A stretch of 64,000 bases of DNA from Haliotis cracherodii (lineage: Eukaryota): the NCBI RefSeq assembly GCF_022045235.1, contig NW_027266267.1:32860001-32924000 (forward strand), given 5' to 3'. The notes below the pieces were generated by a model that had not been told where the DNA came from, ran no database searches, and worked only from the letters and a program-made list of their open reading frames with translations. Shown in pieces: positions 25,401-37,400 of the stretch (positions are counted from its first letter, which is position 1; every line of letters begins with the position of its first letter). A program made the position numbers and the translations under genes.

Positions 25401-26331
25401 GCGACATCTCACTGTTTATTCCTGATTATATTATATCAATAATTAATTTTATTATATCAAAATTTTGTGAAAATAATTATTGATATCATAAAACATATTG
25501 ATTTCACAATTTCGGAGTTTAGATATCATAAATGACTTTCTAATATCTAAAACTTATTTTGTGATATTTAAATTTTGTGATTGCAACAAGAAACAACTCA
25601 AACCAAAACAAAGCTATTCAGATTTCATCAAAGTTTCTGCACCAGGTGGTCTAACGAAAGTTTTAATACCAGGGCTAATATTTATCGCACAGTTACTTTT
25701 TAATGAAAGGAGTTTCAAAATTGAAATTTAGCAGAGTATCAAACTAGATCTGAAGTTACTGAAAGGGAGTACTGAATGTTAACTTAAACAATTTGATGCA
25801 AAGTTTGGTCCCACCTTTCTTGGAAATCTTGGAAATCTTGTCTTGCAATAGATCTAACGGAAATCTGATTTCACAGTACTACGGATGGTTGGCCAAGCCT
25901 TGCAACAGAACTCCCCAGCAAAATTCGCTAGGTACATTCTGCTTGCAGCTGAATATGTGGTTATATGAATTCAAGCACCACCTTTAAATAGAAGAACAAT
26001 AAATCAAATGCTACTATGATTCATTGACACGACACATTTAACTCTTGTAAGCAATATCTGATTTATCACTCGTATTTATTTAAACTGATACGACGGGCGC
26101 ATGAAAAAATGTCTGTCTTAAGTAGTAATGCAGTACTGTTGCTCAGCACTCGTGAACACTCGTGTTATTCCGAGGGACAAGCGCATTTACAGGAACACAT
26201 TTCCGAGAGGTTTTGCTTGTGGCACTGAGGTCGCGAGGTACAGGAAACTTCTTGCTGCACTACGAATGGGTTTGCTCCTGGTTTGGCATTAGGAGTAGGA
26301 AAAGTACTCAGTACTAACTGTAGTTTATATA

Positions 26332-27837
26332 TACTGAACCGCAAAAGAAACGTCACCCCAAGTAACATTTCATGAAAAGTTGTCATTTACATATCTGGGT
26401 AATTTTTGTCAAAGTTTCTAAAATTTAACATTTCCTTGTCCAGAAAAATGAAATTTGATGATAAAAAGACAAAGCAAATGACAATAAAACCGATCGCCAA
26501 AACGCATCACGGCAACGGCCATGTTAACCCGATGCACGTGAGTTCCGTGCAAATTGAAATGCGCATACATTCCGCCATTTCTTGCCCTTTAATAATCCAC
26601 CCAGATCGGTTAACATTCATTCGTTATTGAATTGCTACCACATACCAAGATTGACAAGAAATCAGCAACACCAAGCCCTTGGACGATTGCAAGCTGGACA
26701 AACCACCCGGCAAGTAGCCAATACATTTCAAGTCCACGTAAGGACCATATAAAGGCTCCAGCAACGGTACCAGACCACCAACACTACAGATGACCGACCA
26801 CGTAGTTGAAGACCAAGGGTCACCACCCGACGTCAGGAACGTCAGTTTGTGCGACAGCATCTTCAAGATCGCTTTGTCACTGCTGCGGAAACTGCTCGAC
26901 AGACCATGGGGCATTGCAGCGACACTTTAGTGCGAACACCGTGCGTCGACGATTGGCGAGCAGACACCTCCACTGTCAAAGTCCACACCGAGGACTCATT
27001 CTGACTCCACGTCATCGCCAGGACCGTCTTCAATGGGCAACACAGCACCAGCATTGGCGCCACCAGCAGTGGAGAAAAGTCCTCTTCTTAGACGAGAGCC
27101 GTCACTGTATCTCAGCAGCAGATGACAGATAGAGAGGCTGGCGACGACGCGGGGAACGTTATTCGGATGCTTGTGTTGTTGAGAGAGACTCGTGGGGTGG
27201 TCTGAGCATCATTGTGTGGGGTGTAATTGGTCTTGCACAGAGGGTCGGCCCTGTGGTCTTCCAGAACATCGGTCCAGGGAGAGGCAATGGTGTCACAGCA
27301 GCTCGGTACATTGATCAAGTCTTGAGACCACACGCCATACCTCATTTGGCACGTCCCCGCAACCACGAGTTTCAGCATGATAACGCCCGTGCCCACAGTG
27401 CGAGAGCAACAAGAGACTTCCTCCAGCAGAATGGCATCAGAATCATACAGTGGCCTGCCCTCAATCCCGATTTAAATCCCATTGCGCACCTGTGGGACGA
27501 GATTCAACTGCAGCTGAACTGCGTCAGGCGTTCCTCAGAGTGTGGGCACAAGAGCCTGTGGCCTTCATCAACCGCCTCATCCATTCCATGTGTCGACGTC
27601 GCACGGCAGTCATCAATGCACATGGCGGACACACGAGATACTTATTTGTGATGCCATTTTCTCAGAGACTAGTGATGTGTTTCACTTTAAGAACATTTGA
27701 CACTTTAATTTCAACCTTGAGGATCACTTTTGCCAAGTTTCATCTTTTTAATATGTCTCAAAGTATGTTTACAGTGTTTGGACAAAAAACATGTCTCCTA
27801 TATTTATTCATAGGGACGTTCCCTTTGCGGTTCAGTA
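26332..27837 (+). mobile_element. Tc1-family DNA transposon, TIR-bounded, defective transposase
   Basis: TIR tactgaaccgcaaa.g.aacgtc at both ends with flanking TA. Motifs VLFLDESR, FQHDNARAH and WPALNPDLNPIAHLW (catalytic E replaced by A), with stops and frameshifts. Confidence 0.9.
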
Positions 27838-29334
27838 TAGTTTATAAGTATTAGTTTTGATTTTTGCCAACAAATGACCAAAGGGACTCAAATTTGGCTT
27901 GATTACTGTTGGAAGAAACAAAGTGTTTTGTTACCTTAAATGTTCACCTATTTATGGAAAATGGGGTTCAATTTGTTTTCTATTTTGTTCATTAATATAC
28001 TGTTTTACAACTGACATTACGTTGTATTAGGATTAATATGTATCCTATATATCCATACATGATGTTTTATGTGGTGGTACTGATATATTTCCAAGCCAAT
28101 GAATCTGGTACAAATTCCCTTGTGTATAATTGTTATTTATGGTACGATTTTGCAAAAAGAACATCGGCTGGAATCTACATCTTCGATTTTGTAAAGTCGT
28201 TTGTTTCAAGGATATTATGAATGATTTTAAACTGAAGCCACTTCTTTCTTAAACTTTTTTGTAGATCTATTTGCCATTAAAATTAATATAATCCAATTCT
28301 TTATTTTCATAATGCTTGTGAAAAACATCTGCACATTTGTCATGACTATGTTAACTTGTAAAATGTAATAAAGTCCCTTAAAATACTTTGCTATCTTCAT
28401 GTGTTTTTTCAGCATAGAGACATTAAAAGATTGAAAGGGCATATGATATGTATAGGATAAAATACGTCCGTCCGAGGGTTGTTATTATATTTAACCCGAG
28501 GGGGGCCCGAGGGGAAGTGTTTTATCTTACTTATAAACCGATTTTGAACCTAAAAATTATCCCCAAACTAAATTTCAACCCATTATAAGTGTACAATAAA
28601 TCACGTTCAAGGGCTCATCACATTTAAAACACGCATCCCAAGGATAACGGTTTTAGATATCATAAAAACCCGAGGGAAAGTGTTTTATTTAACTTATGAA
28701 CCGAAAAAAGAAACTTAAAACATTTATCATCCTTTTTATGTTTCGAACATACTTTCCATGAACATTAGGAAACGGGCGTAAAATATCTGTTGCTGGCGTA
28801 CAGATCTTGAAAAGGACATTCTAAAAAGCAGTGAAGCTTATCAACACTCACTGGGCTACAGATATGAAGGTTGCGAGTTCCTTCCTCGAGAAATTTAAAA
28901 GAAAACATTTTCATTTGATTTTACATTTAATTACATGTTACAATCTGAACGGAAGTTATATTATTAAAATCCCTGGGACATTATAACGTCCCTGTTTGAG
29001 ATCTAACCCGACTGGAGAACAATAGGATGACGTCACCGGAGGTTTATAAGTTATTTTAAAACTGTGTTACTTTCTTCCTTTACAATATTTAAGTGTGGCA
29101 TTTCTAACATCCTGAAATGCGACGAAATCTGCTTTAATACGATAATTTTCCCTAAATTCAAGAAAATTACATTTTGTTCATGTCGCTATACGGGTGAATC
29201 AATCTTGAATGCGAGGTTGATCCCAATTCCACCTGTCGTCAGACGAGTGTAATAGCCCTGTCTGAGGAAACGGCCTATTGTTGTCAGAAGTGTTGACTGA
29301 CCTTTTCGGAGGGAGCGACCCACTGGGTAATCAG

Positions 29335-29646
29335 AGTCGGAGTAGGTCCCCCAAACCCAATGCGTGTCTCTCTGTGGGGAGTTGGGGTCGGAGTATGTCC
29401 CCAAAACTCAATGCTCGTCTCTCTGTGGGGAGTTGGGGTCGGAGTAGGTCCCCCAAACCCAATGCGTGTCTCTCTGTGGGAAGATGGGGTCGGAGTAGGT
29501 CCCCAAAACCCAATGCTTGTCTCTCTGTGGGGAGCTCGGATCGGAGGAGGTCCCCCAAACCCAAAGCTTGTCTCTCTGTGGGAAGTTCGGGTCGGAGTAG
29601 GTCCCCCAAACCCAATGCGTGTCTCTCTGTGGGAAGTTCGGGTCGG
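29335..29646. repeat. 51-bp minisatellite, about 6 copies
   Basis: Unit ggagtaggtcccccaaacccaatgcgtgtctctctgtggggagttggggtc. Confidence 0.92.
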
Positions 29647-30037
29647 TCAGTAGGAACGCTGTATGGTCGCCGTAGCAGCGCACCAAGCACGCACATGATA
29701 GCAGTTCGGACGCAGTGGTAGTCGGCGGCGCTTGCACGGAGACCTCAGGGAGTCCTTAGTGATGTCACTGCGTCTCTACTGCGTCCTTATGGCGCGTCTA
29801 CGGCGCTTACACGGAGTGTTATTTATTTTACTGAGCTCTCACAGCAACTACATGGAGCTCCCACGGCGCTTTTGCCGAATCAGTCAGCATTGGCATGGTG
29901 TTTGTAGGGCGTTGCCAGTGCGTTATGAGCCAACCCAATAAAAATGGTATAAATGCATTCTCATCTTTGTCACCCTCATTTAGCCATGACTGTGTGACGA
30001 AGACAACTTGGATAGACTGCTTGCCAGAGAGGTCGGA

Positions 30038-31130
30038 TGTGACTCCCCCCCTACTTGATGAGGTGACTCCTCCCCTGCTTGATGAGGTGACTTCCCCCTG
30101 CTTGATGAGGTGACTCCTCCCCTGCTTGATGGGGTGGCTCCTCCCTGCTTGATAAGGTGACTCCTCCCCTGCTTGATGAGGTGACTCCTCCCCTCCTTGA
30201 TGAGATGACACCTCCCTGCTTGATGAGGCGACTCCTGCCCTGCTTGATGAGGTGACACCTCCCTGCTTGATGAGGTGACTCCTCCCCTGCTTGATGAGAT
30301 GACTCCTGCCCTGCTTGATGAGGCGACACCTCCCTGCTTGATGAGGTGACACCTCCCTGCTTGATGAGGTGACACCTCCCTGATTGATGAGGTGACTCCT
30401 CCCCTGCTTGATGAGGTGACTCCTGCCCTGCTTGATGAGATGACTCCTGCCCTGCTTGATGAGGCGACACCTCCCTGCTTGATGAGGTGACACCTCCCTG
30501 CTTGATGAGGCGACTCCTGCCCTGCTTGATGAGATGACTCCTCCCCTGCTTGGTGAGGTGACTCCTCCCCTGCTTGATGGGGTGGCTCCTCCCTGCTTGA
30601 TGAGGTGACTCCTCCCCTGCTTGATGAGGTGACTCCTCCCCTCCTTGATGAGATGACACCTCCCTGCTTGATGAGGCGACTCCTGCCCTGCTTGATGAGG
30701 TGACACCTCCCTGCTTGATGAGGTGACTCCTCCCCTGCTTGATGAGATGACTCCTGCCCTGCTTGATGAGGCGACACCTCCCTGCTTGATGAGGTGACAC
30801 CTCCCTGCTTGATGAGGTGACACCTCCCTGCTTGATGAGGTGACTCCTCCCTGCTTGATGAGGCGACTCCTGCCCTGCTTGATGAGATGACTCATCCCCT
30901 GCTTGGTGAGGTGACTCCTCCCCTGCTTGGTGAGGTGACTCCTCCCCTGCTTGGTGAGGTGACTCCTCCCCTGCTTGATGAAATGACTCCTCCCCTGCTT
31001 GATGAGGTGACTCCTGCCCTGCTTGATGAGGTGACTCCTGCCCTGCTTGATGAGGTGACTCCTGCCCTGCTTGATTGGGTGGCTCCTGCCCTGCTTGACG
31101 AGGTTACTCCTCACCTGCTTGATGAGGCGA
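30038..31130. repeat. 22/24-bp minisatellite, about 46 copies
   Basis: Unit cctgcttgatgaggtgactcctcc with 22-bp variants. Confidence 0.95.
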
Positions 31131-31379
31131 TGGCGGTGGACTTGGATCGTTAGTTGTCTTCTTTCTTCATGCTCTAATACCCCTCTTGCGGGCCAGGATG
31201 TTTTTTTAATGCGAAAACATATACATAAAACCAGCCATGACGTCATATACAATAATGTCGTTTTTAGTAATTCATTAATTTTGATAGGAGGGCTAGTGTT
31301 CCATAAATATTAGTGCAGCATTAGTCAAATTACACTTGGAGAATCAGGGGAATGTTGGAATTTAAGGACTAATTTATAT

Positions 31380-33145
31380 GTTAGATAGGGCCATCTATTT
31401 CGCCTAGTACCAAGCAGCTAAGATTATTCTTTCATAAGGTTCTGTCGGCATAAAGAGGCATAATATATGAACATGGACACATTTTGTAAGATACTTCTTT
31501 TTGTGTTTGACAGCAATGTAACAAATTTAATAATATTAGGGTACCTGTAATAATAAGCTTGCAGGTATTTTTCTCTAAGGTGTAAATACACTGGACATAC
31601 AAGTAAGAAATGAAATTCATCTTCTACTGAGTTTAAACTACATAGATTACAGATTCTTTCTTCACGAGGAATGTTTACATAGCGCCCTGTTTCTATTAAA
31701 AGGTCGTGAGAAGAACATCTAAAACGTGAAAGAGCCGTTCGAAATTTTTTAACATTAACTTTTGATAAATAATCTTCCATAATTATTTCTGATTTAAACA
31801 TTTTGTAATAAAAGCATTTGTTTGTTAGAGTCAATGATGCAGTCCAAGATTGTAAATAAATATCCTTTAATCTCTGGGTTAATGAAAGTATAAACATTGG
31901 TTTGGAATACACATTTTGGTTTTGCCAAATATCACCAAAGCCACAACTGAAAAGTAATTCTCTAACACCTGTAACCCAGTTTCTTTTCCCATTATTATCA
32001 TAAACTATCATCATATTATAACACTTTTTTGGCAGTCTATATGACGGCATGTCAATAAGTCTCAGCCAGTATTTAATAACTTTTATATTTGAATATACAT
32101 AGAGAGGGAATCTTCCACATTCTCCATACACCACCAAGCTTGAAGTGTTTATTTTAACACCTAAATACTTTTTGCAAACATATAAATGAATCCTTTCTAT
32201 GGCACCAAAGTGCTGTAAACCCCAGACTTCTGCCCCATACAACAAAATGGGGAGTATCTTTATATTAAATATTTTAAAAAAAGATTGATGAGAAATGGTT
32301 TCTAAAACTTTCAAACTCTTAAGGATACTTACAAAGACCTTTCTTGCTTGTAAAGCAGCTTGATACAAATGTTTATGCCATGACAAGTTTCTACTGAAGT
32401 AAACACCAAGATATTTATAAAATCCTGTAGTTTCTATTTTTTGTCCTTTGAAGGACCAATATTCTTTACTTGCTAAATGACCTCCATTCTTAAATCATGT
32501 TAACTGTTAGCTTCCATTTATTGCAGTAACTTTCAAGTTCATTAATTTGACACTGTAGTCCTTTGATTGTTGATGAAAAGAGAGCAATATCATCGGCAAA
32601 TAAAAGTAAAAATATCTGTGTAATATCTGGATGGAGCTGAACACCATAATTACAGTTGGTATTTATTTGCACAGCCAGTTCATTTATGAAAAAAGTAAAG
32701 AGAAATGGGCTTAAGATGCATCCTTGTCTTACTCCTAACTGACTAATAAATGTTTCTGAAATCTCATTATTGTTTCGCACACACACCTTAATATTCTCGT
32801 AAATGCTACCCAATAGTTTGTTCATCTTAAAGCTGAGGCCATGTGATCTTAAAAGGTTCCATAGTTTATGTCTCTGCACTGAGTCAAATGCCTTGGCAAA
32901 GTCAACGAAGAGCACATAAAGTTTCCCACCCTTGACACTGAGGTATTTGTTAACTAAAACTTGGAGGATAAAAATGTTGTCAATAGTTTAATAGCCCTCT
33001 CTAAATCCAGCTTGTTCTTCATTGATTTTGTTGAGGGCATCTGCCCAAAATACTAACCTTTTATTTATTATGTTTGTGAATAGTTTACCAAAAATACTTA
33101 GCAGTGAAATACCTCTGTAATTGTTTATATTATTTAGATCACCTT
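31380..33145 (-). mobile_element. 5'-truncated CR1/L2-group LINE (RT plus C-terminal domain), frameshifted near 32490
   Basis: NYRGISLL, QAGFR, FVDFAKAFD, GVRQGCILSP, LLFADD and RFRCSSHDLLIETGR...CNLC...EFHFLLVC motifs. Confidence 0.92.
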
Positions 33146-33243
33146 GTTAATGCATAATGCGTAATGATAATTACTCTGCTTAACACTCGCTTGCGTGAAA
33201 GCTGAGCTTTCGGAACATACGAGTAATATTTATATTCCGAAAA

Positions 33244-33405
33244 GGGGCGGTCGGGTAGCCTCGTGGTTAAACCGTTCGCTCGTCACGCCGAAGACCCGGG
33301 TTCGATTCCCGACATGGGTACAATGTGTGAAGCCCATTTCTGGTGTCCCCCGCCGAGATATTGCTGGAATATTGTTAAAAGCGGCGTCACCCATACTCAC
33401 TAACA
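33244..33405 (+). mobile_element. SINE family 1 copy
   Basis: tRNA-Asp-like head (gtagcctcgtggttaa...cGTCacg...gggttcgattccc) and TSD atattccgaaa. Confidence 0.88.
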
Positions 33406-33981
33406 ATATTCCGAAAGCTGTGCGTGGTAATGCGTACTTCGTGATTTCATGTACACTTCCAAATGAGTGAGTGTTGAACATCTACACAGTCATCGTGTAT
33501 ATTCCCGATACATCCACCGACTCCTGTCAACTCATGGACATAACGGAAATCATCTGAGTCCCCAATGACTCCGTAACATATTCATCAGATAACTATACCA
33601 AACCTGAAACAGTCCTGTAGGAACTACAAGCATATGAATCTGGTAGTACACTTCAGCGAGAAACTCTATCACTTCTCAAGCGCTCTCCCAGGTGTAGCAG
33701 AACATCAGTTTAACACTGCCGAGCACTATTTCAGTTATATCAGGGTGTGACAGCTTGAAGTTGGAGCAAAGCCTGAAGTGAGGCAGGTGTCAGACGCCGG
33801 CATATTTATAGATTTAGGGGTGTAAATGAATTGTAAGCTAAACATTATAATCGTAACTGTGAACAAAGCCCTAAAGTTCTCGGTAGTGTAGTTTCGGGAC
33901 TTGTTGTCAAATCATTTCTAAAAGAAAAAGATATCCATATAGGCAAACTGCGCAAGCCCGAATAGCGTGCTGCACGAGAAT

Positions 33982-34106
33982 TTAGTGTGACACGTTCTGA
34001 TACTGCTTCAGCTGTTCGTATGTGTTGGAAGTCTCAATCTCAGCGAAGGATCGAGGCTGTAGGTTATCATACTGGTTCTGTGGTGATGGAACTTCGTACG
34101 CACCTT
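33982..34106 (-). CDS. Copy A terminal exon with four Tyr motifs (EGAYEVPSPQNQYDNLQPRSFAEIETSNTYEQLKQYQNVSH*)
   Basis: Polypyrimidine acceptor cttcttcctttcag|, phase 1 matches the upstream exons, TAA stop. The composition is typical of a receptor tail. Confidence 0.75.
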
Positions 34107-34419
34107 CTGAAAGGAAGAAGGATATGCATACGTTCCGATAAGAAACACCAACTATCACGCATATAAACATATACATGTATGTACTTGTATGCATAGACTG
34201 TCTCGCCTTTACGTAGACAGTCTGATCGAGTGATATACAATAGCTATATAGCCCTAGAAATGAAAGTCGGTATACTACTTCCCCCTTAAAATGATAAACT
34301 ATGATTATATAAAATCCCCATGCAGTAAACATCAAGGAGTTACTCGATTATGCACCACTTTTCTTGGCCGGAATCATTACCTGACAAGTTGGTGAACTGG
34401 TGACTTAATGTACACACTG

Positions 34420-37400
34420 TCATGGTTTTCCCTTCAGTTTTTGTCTTTGTATGTTTGCACAGAACGTTCTGCGAGTCTATTTGATCTGAGTCGGCAAGTT
34501 GAACTCAATCTCAACTCACTTAGTGAAAATGCTTACGCTCCTGACTTGTAAATGAACCTCCGTTGTTCAAGACAATAGACACTGGTAATCTCTGTGTAGG
34601 GAACCTCCGTTGTTCAAGACAATAGACACTGGTAATCTCTGTGTAGGGAACCTCCGTTGTTCAAGACAATAGACACTGGTAATCTCTGTGTAGGGAACCT
34701 CCGTTGTTCAAGACAATAGACACTGGTAATCTCTGTGTAGGGAACCTCCGTTGTTCAAGACAATAGACACTGGTAATCTCTGTGTAGGGAACCTCCGTTG
34801 TTCAAGACAATAGACACTGGTAATCTCTGTGTAGGGAACCTCCGTTGTTCAAGACAATAGACACTGGTAATCTCTGTGTAGGGAACCTCCGTTGTTCAAG
34901 ACAATAGACACTGGTAATCTCTGTGTAGGGAACCTCCGTTGTTCAAGACAATAGACACTGGTAATCTCTGTGTAGGAAACCTCCGTTGTTCAAGACAATA
35001 GACACTGGTAATCTCTGTGTAGGGAACCTCCGTTGTTCAAGACAATAGACACTGGTAATCTCTGTGTAGGGAACCTCCGTTGTTCAAGACAATAGACATT
35101 GGTAATCTCTGCGTAGGGAACCTCCGTTGTTCAAGACAATAGACACTGGTAATCTCTGTGTAGGGAACCTCCGTTGTTCAAGACAATAGACATTGGTAAT
35201 CTCTGTGTAGGGAACCTCCGTTGTTCAAGACAATAGACACTTGTAATCTCTGTGTAGGGAACCTCCGTTGTTCAAGACAATAGACACTGGTAATCTCTGT
35301 GTAGGGAACCTCCGTTGTTCAAGACAATAGACACTGGTAATCTCTGTGTAGGGAACCTCCGTTGTTCAAGACAATAGACACTGGTAATCTCTGTGTAGGG
35401 AACCTCCGTTGTTCAAGACAATAGACACTGGTAATCTCTGTGTAGGGAACCTCCGTTGTTCAAGACAATAGACACTGGTAATCTCTGTGTAGGGAACCTC
35501 CGTTGTTCAAGACAATAGACATTGGTAATCTCTGTGTAGGGAACGTCCGTTGTTCAAGACAATAGACACTGGTAATCTCTGCGTAGGGAACCTCCGTTGT
35601 TCAAGACAATAGACACTTGTAATCTCTGTGTAGGGAACCTCCGTTGTTCAAGACAATAGACACTGGTAATCTCTGTGTAGGGAACCTCCGTTGTTCAAGA
35701 CAATAGACACTGGTAATCTCTGTGTAGGGAACCTCCGTTGTTCAAGACAATAGACACTTGTAATCTCTGTGTAGGGAACCTCCGTTGTTCAAGACAATAG
35801 ACACTGGTAATCTCTGCGTAGGGAACCTCCGTTGTTCAAGACAATAGACACTTGTAATCTCTGTGTAGGGAACCTCCGTTGTTCAAGACAATAGACACTG
35901 GTAATCTCTGTGTAGGGAACCTCCGTTGTTCAAGACAATAGACATTGGTAATCTCTGTGAAGGGAACCTCCGTTGTTCAAGACAATAGACACTGGTAATC
36001 TCTGTGTAGGAAACCTCCGTTGTTCAAGACAATAGACACTGGTAATCTCTGTGTAGGGAACCTCCGTTGTTCAAGACAATAGACACTGGTAATCTCTGTG
36101 TAGGGAACCTCCGTTGTTCAAGACAATAGACACTGGTAATCTCTGTGTAGGGAACGTCCGTTGTTCCAGACAATAGACACTGGTAATCTCTGTGTAGGGA
36201 ACCTCCGTTGTTCAAGACAATAGACACTGGTAATTTCTGTGTAGGGAACCTCCGTTGTTCAAGACAATAGACACTGGTAATCTCTGTGTAGCGAACGTCC
36301 GTTGTTCAAGACAATAGACACTGGTAATCTCTGTGTAGGGAACCTCCGTTGTTCAAGACAATAGACACTGGTAATCTCTGTGTAGGGAACCTCCGTTGTT
36401 CAAGACAATAGACACTGGTAATCTCTGTGTAGGGAACCTCCGTTGTTCAAGACAATAGACATTGGTAATCTCTGTGTAGGGAACCTCCGTTGTTCAAGAC
36501 AATAGACACTGGTAATCTCTGTGTAGGGAACCTCCGTTGTTCAAGACAATAGACACTGGTAATCTCTGTGTAGGGAACCTCCGTTGTTCAAGACAATAGA
36601 CACTGGTAATCTCTGTGTAGGGAACCTCCGTTGTTCAAGACAATAGACACTGGTAATCTCTGTGTAGGGAACCTCCGTTGTTCAAGACAATAGACACTGG
36701 TAATCTCTGTGTAGGGAACCTCCGTTGTTCAAGACAATAGACACTGGTAATCTCTGTGTAGGGAACCTCCGTTGTTCAAGACAATAGACACTGGTAATCT
36801 CTGTGTAGGGAACCTCCGTTGTTCAAGACAATAGACACTGGTAATCTCTGTGTAGGGAACCTCCGTTGTTCAAGACAATAGACATTGGTAATCTCTGTGT
36901 AGGGAACCTCCGTTGTTCAAGACAATAGACACTTGTAATCTCTGTGTAGGGAACCTCCGTTGTTCAAGACAATAGACACTGGTAATCTCTGTGTAGGGAA
37001 CCTCCGTTGTTCAAGACAATAGACACTGGTAATCTCTGTGTAGGGAACCTCCGTTGTTCAAGACAATAGACACTGGTAATCTCTGTGTAGGAAACCTCCG
37101 TTGTTCAAGACAATAGACACTGGTAATCTCTGTGTAGGGAACCTCCGTTGTTCAAGACAATAGACACTGGTAATCTCTGTGTAGGGAACCTCCGTTGTTC
37201 AAGACAATAGACATTGGTAATCTCTGCGTAGGGAACCTCCGTTGTTCAAGACAATAGACACTGGTAATCTCTGTGTAGGGAACCTCCGTTGTTCAAGACA
37301 ATAGACATTGGTAATCTCTGTGTAGGGAACCTCCGTTGTTCAAGACAATAGACACTTGTAATCTCTGTGTAGGGAACCTCCGTTGTTCAAGACAATAGAC

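Noticed and set aside
28460-29050. Possible non-autonomous DNA element (cccgaggg motifs, partial internal repeat)
   Set aside because: I could not define TIRs or a TSD.
29828-31252. 474-aa and overlapping repetitive ORFs
   Set aside because: The 22/24-bp minisatellite shifts frame repeatedly and no domain is recognisable. The flank VFVTQSWL faintly resembles a LINE endonuclease motif but is too weak to call.
33244-33315. tRNA-Asp gene
   Set aside because: No paired acceptor stem. It is followed by a SINE body, tail and TSD, with several copies in the window.
33982-34106. Canonical ITIM/ITAM call
   Set aside because: The -2 residues (G, N, N, K) do not fit ITIM and the YxxL spacing is 13, so these are reported only as Tyr motifs.
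34381-34468. Possible extra cytoplasmic exon with donor cag|gtaatg
   Set aside because: The phase-compatible frame from the nearest acceptor hits TGA, and the sequence is the tail of the Gypsy integrase relic.
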